A DNA stretch of 64,000 bases from Bdellovibrionales bacterium (lineage in GTDB: Bacteria; Bdellovibrionota; Bdellovibrionia; Bdellovibrionales; UBA1609). Positions within the stretch are counted from its first letter, which is position 1. Each line of letters opens with the position of its first letter. Positions 61,413-64,000 of the stretch are shown here, in pieces. The position numbers were made by a program, and so were the translations under genes. The notes under the pieces were generated by a model. It was not told the origin of the DNA. It made no database searches and saw only the letters and a program-made list of their open reading frames with translations. The stretch is from contig DAHVQG010000010.1 in the NCBI GenBank assembly GCA_027317865.1, positions 45,627 through 109,626 of the forward strand, read 5' to 3'.

Positions 61413-61710
61413 GTTTTTCTACCGTGTCGATTATTTCAAGAAGATCACTCCACTGCTTTTGATCTGGAAGGTTCGCGCCGCAGGGCCACTTCATGGTAAC
61501 ATACCAGGACAGATTTCGGATCACGTTCTCATGCCCGGCCCTATCCGTTAACTTCGCGGCGGCATTTAGCAAATCAACTAAAAGATGTTCGTCATGAATC
61601 TGATCACGCGCGAGGTCGTCGATCCAGGGCATTTCTTGATCGGCTCCGCTTTTCTCGAACAGCAGTCTTTTTCGCCAACGGTACGCAGTTAAGTTCGTCA
61701 TCATTAACAC
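61372..61710 (-). CDS. Hypothetical protein
   Basis: 112-aa ORF with globular-looking composition filling the gap; 41-nt convergent overlap with the kinase. Confidence 0.4.
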   Translation of the reverse strand: MLMMTNLTAYRWRKRLLFEKSGADQEMPWIDDLARDQIHDEHLLVDLLNAAAKLTDRAGHENVIRNLSWYVTMKWPCGANLPDQKQWSDLLEIIDTVEKPIAVVTRQEGRPN

Positions 61711-61949
61711 CCTATTTCAATAGCCGGGCCAAACGAGGCGCATTAAAAGTTACCGCCAGATTTAATTAAAGTTTGTACAGGTTAAAAAGATAACCCCTTG
61801 AGCGTCGCGTTCTTAAATTTTGTTCCACAGTACTAGATTGTGGACAATAATGGCGGCAGCAAAACCTATTGTGGGCGCAAGCCCAAGCATTCAAGCGGTG
61901 TGGACATATTTATCGGGCACTGTTATACGGTAAGCACTGGAGAACACAC

Positions 61950-62819
61950 ATGGTAAAAACCAAAGCAAATCACAAAGTTGTACAAATCGCTTTTATGGCG
62001 CTCTTACTTTCGGCGCTTTCAGGCTGCGTGTCTCTTGGAACAGAGCACAAATTATTAAAGAAGTACCACGCGACAAAAGCGAATCTTACCAGCTGTGCGG
62101 CCCAGTCGGCTTCGCAACAGAAGCAGATTCAAGCGTTGAAAAGTAAAATTCAAAATGAAGAAGTGATTGTTTCAAATTTAGAATCGAAATTGGGCGAGTC
62201 AAAAAGTGCGAAACTCAGGCTCGAAGGTAACGTCGCGAAAATGAAGCAGGCGCTCGAGGCCCTTAAGCAAGAACAACTAGAGGCTCAAAAGCGGATAAAT
62301 GAATTTCGTGAGCTGACGGCTAAATTTCAATCTCTCATTAACACCGGCAAACTCACCGTCAAAATTGTAGATGGTCAAATGGTGGTTGCGATGTCTACGG
62401 ACGTTTTATTTCACTCTGGGTCAGCGCGTTTATCGAAGGCAGGTCAGGCGGCCATTAAACAAGTCACATCGCTTTTGGTCTCCGTTCCAAATCACAATTT
62501 TCAAATCGAAGGGTTTACTGACAACATGCCGATTCGAACGGCCTTGTTTCCGTCGAATTGGGAGCTAGCCTCGGCACGCGCGCTAACAGTGCTTAAAACA
62601 ATGCTCAAAGCAGGTATGCCGCCAGGTCGCGTGAGTGCGGCAAGCTTTGGTGATACGCATCCCGTACAACCGAATACGACCAATGCCGGCCGTGCGGCAA
62701 ATCGACGAATTGAAATTGTCGTTGTGCCGGACCTTTCAGATCTACCGGGATATGCGGAATTAAAGAAATTATCAGGTCAAAAAAGTACGGATAAACAAAC
62801 AAAGCCAACTAAAAACTGA
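61950..62819 (+). CDS. OmpA/MotB-domain coiled-coil lipoprotein
   Basis: GGAG RBS, lipobox LSGC, coiled coil, LF.SGSA.L, IEG.TDN.PI, NWEL...RA, GRAANRRIEI. Confidence 0.88.
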   Translation: MVKTKANHKVVQIAFMALLLSALSGCVSLGTEHKLLKKYHATKANLTSCAAQSASQQKQIQALKSKIQNEEVIVSNLESKLGESKSAKLRLEGNVAKMKQALEALKQEQLEAQKRINEFRELTAKFQSLINTGKLTVKIVDGQMVVAMSTDVLFHSGSARLSKAGQAAIKQVTSLLVSVPNHNFQIEGFTDNMPIRTALFPSNWELASARALTVLKTMLKAGMPPGRVSAASFGDTHPVQPNTTNAGRAANRRIEIVVVPDLSDLPGYAELKKLSGQKSTDKQTKPTKN

Positions 62820-62822
62820 AAA

Positions 62823-62897
62823 TGGTGCGAACGACAGGGATTGAACCTGTGACCCCGCCCATGTGAAGGGCGTGCTCTACCGCTGAGCTACGTTCGC
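62823..62897 (-). tRNA. tRNA-Val (CAC)
   Basis: 75-nt cloverleaf GCGAACG...CGTTCGCACCA, anticodon loop TTCACAT, GGTTCAA T-loop. Confidence 0.95.
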
Positions 62898-63168
62898 ACG
62901 GCAATGTAAATTTAATTGGGAAATTCACATAGTCAATTTGTTCTAATCGAAATTGTTAGGTTTAACATTTTTTCGGAAAAACTTGGTAGGCAATCCGCCC
63001 AAGTAGACGAACCGCTTTCCGTCTTTATATTCGATCTGGAGGCTTATCCAGAAGCGAAATGTCTATCATCTGACGATTTATATCAACTTTACCAGCGCCT
63101 TGGAACGAATAAGCGCGTCGCCGCTCACATCGGCACATCTAAAAATTTCGTTCGCAATAAAAAGAAGC

Positions 63169-63197
63169 TTGATGTGTAGCTACATAATAGCTACAAT
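63169..63197 (+). promoter_or_regulatory. Sigma70 promoter with embedded operator for the toxin-antitoxin operon
   Basis: TTGATG-17nt-TACAAT; palindrome TGTAGCTACA (63175-63184) and repeated TAGCTACA (63188-63195). Confidence 0.6.
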
Positions 63198-63202
63198 AAT
63201 TT

Positions 63203-63462
63203 ATGAGTGGGCTTCAAGGTAAACGCTGGCACCTTTTTGTTTGGGATGATGACAACGAAACTCACTCGCAGAGCACGGTATTCGCTCCTGGGAAGCTGAA
63301 CAAGTATTCTTTAATAAGTATGTCATCACGCCCAACAAAAAGAAACCCGGTCCGCGAAGGTTTCGGATTGACGGTAAAAGCGATGCCAGTCGACATCTCA
63401 GAATAATTTTTGAGGACTACGGCAAAGGCATAGCTCGAATTATAACAGGATGGGACATATGA
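63203..63462 (+). pseudogene. BrnT-like toxin with a 1-nt deletion near 63264-63266
   Basis: Frame A gives FVWDDDNETH; the shifted frame continues LAEHGIRSWEAEQVFF...ARIITGWDI* and ends in an ATGA overlap with the antitoxin. Confidence 0.75.
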
Positions 63463-63695
63463 AAGCTAAGACCAAAAAATACAAATATGATCCAAGTGAA
63501 TGGGACGAATCCAAGTCGGTGACCGTTGAGCCTGCTGAAGAGGCTCGCGGCTACTCCACTAGTATTCGGCTCTCAAAGAAAATGATAGATGAGCTACGTA
63601 AAATCGCCCGCCGAAAAGGCGACATCGGTTATCAAACATTGATCAAAATTTGGATTGCAGAACGACTCGAAAAGGAAAGCTCAAAAGCAAGCTGA
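63459..63695 (+). CDS. BrnA/CopG-like antitoxin (RHH)
   Basis: TSIRL....I..LR.IA..KG.IGYQTLIK.WI.ERL. Confidence 0.82.
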   Translation: MKAKTKKYKYDPSEWDESKSVTVEPAEEARGYSTSIRLSKKMIDELRKIARRKGDIGYQTLIKIWIAERLEKESSKAS

Positions 63696-64000
63696 CTTTA
63701 GGTCTGCATTTTTCTGGTCAATGCCTTTATTTGGGGCGCCCGTCATTCACATGGTTTAGCCTGCGCCCCTGAGGTCAGACAGTTCCCTAAGAATTACTGA
63801 ACACCGATTGGCATTTTCCGAACAGGTATGGCAAGACTGCTGTGACTGTTCCGCATAATTTTGTAGAACAATAATTCTTTTAAAACTCCCAATTTGAAAC
63901 AAAAATTCTCAATTTGAGCCAAGACTATCGTAATAAAATCTTAAAATTTAGCCGATATATAACATATGAATTCTGTACGTCGTTGCCTGTCAGTTCTTGT

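Noticed and set aside
61852-61930. GCAAAACC...GGGCGCAAGCC upstream of the OmpA/MotB gene resembles part of a c-di-GMP-I riboswitch
   Set aside because: No GNRA-capped P2 stem, receptor stem or closing P1 can be built; only a short GGGC-GCAA-GCCC hairpin is present
61950-62819. Flagellar stator motB
   Set aside because: No motA, and a lipobox plus coiled coil instead of the MotB TM with the conserved Asp
56414-62823. Genomic island integrated at the tRNA-Val 3' end carrying the signalling module
   Set aside because: No integrase, and I found no duplicate of the tRNA 3' end near the left boundary
63267-63406. C-terminal part of the track ORF 63203-63406 (SQSTVFAPGK...)
   Set aside because: Out-of-frame read of the frameshifted toxin

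Overview
Bacterial chromosomal window, probably Bdellovibrionota-like (inferred from gene content, not from a marker gene). About 1-56 kb is mostly housekeeping: nadE/yhhQ/cofE-like operon, ndk-rlmD-pilF-rodZ, mdh-sucCD, tRNA-Phe-dus-nodIJ-like, tolQRAB-glnE, ndh, Rrf2-sufBCDS-nfu, ftsEX-envC-ctpA, tig, an ArsA/GET3 pair with gshA, pepA and clpP-clpX-lon. An accessory region follows at 56.4-64 kb. Best candidate for a new system (56.5-61.4 kb): a PhcB-like SAM methyltransferase with a PilZ-like N-terminus is translationally coupled to a membrane-sensor class III nucleotide cyclase with a C-terminal Zn ribbon. An orphan histidine kinase with a related membrane sensor follows. This looks like a Ralstonia-phc-like fatty-acid-methyl-ester signalling module apparently wired to a cyclic-nucleotide output. 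It is preceded by a 41-aa ORF and a possible structured RNA. Features missed by the ORF track: a 26-aa Lys/Arg-rich peptide gene with its own promoter, RBS and terminator (14258-14338, minus strand), and single-base frameshifts in tolQ and in a BrnT-like toxin. All family assignments come from recognised motifs; no database searches were run.
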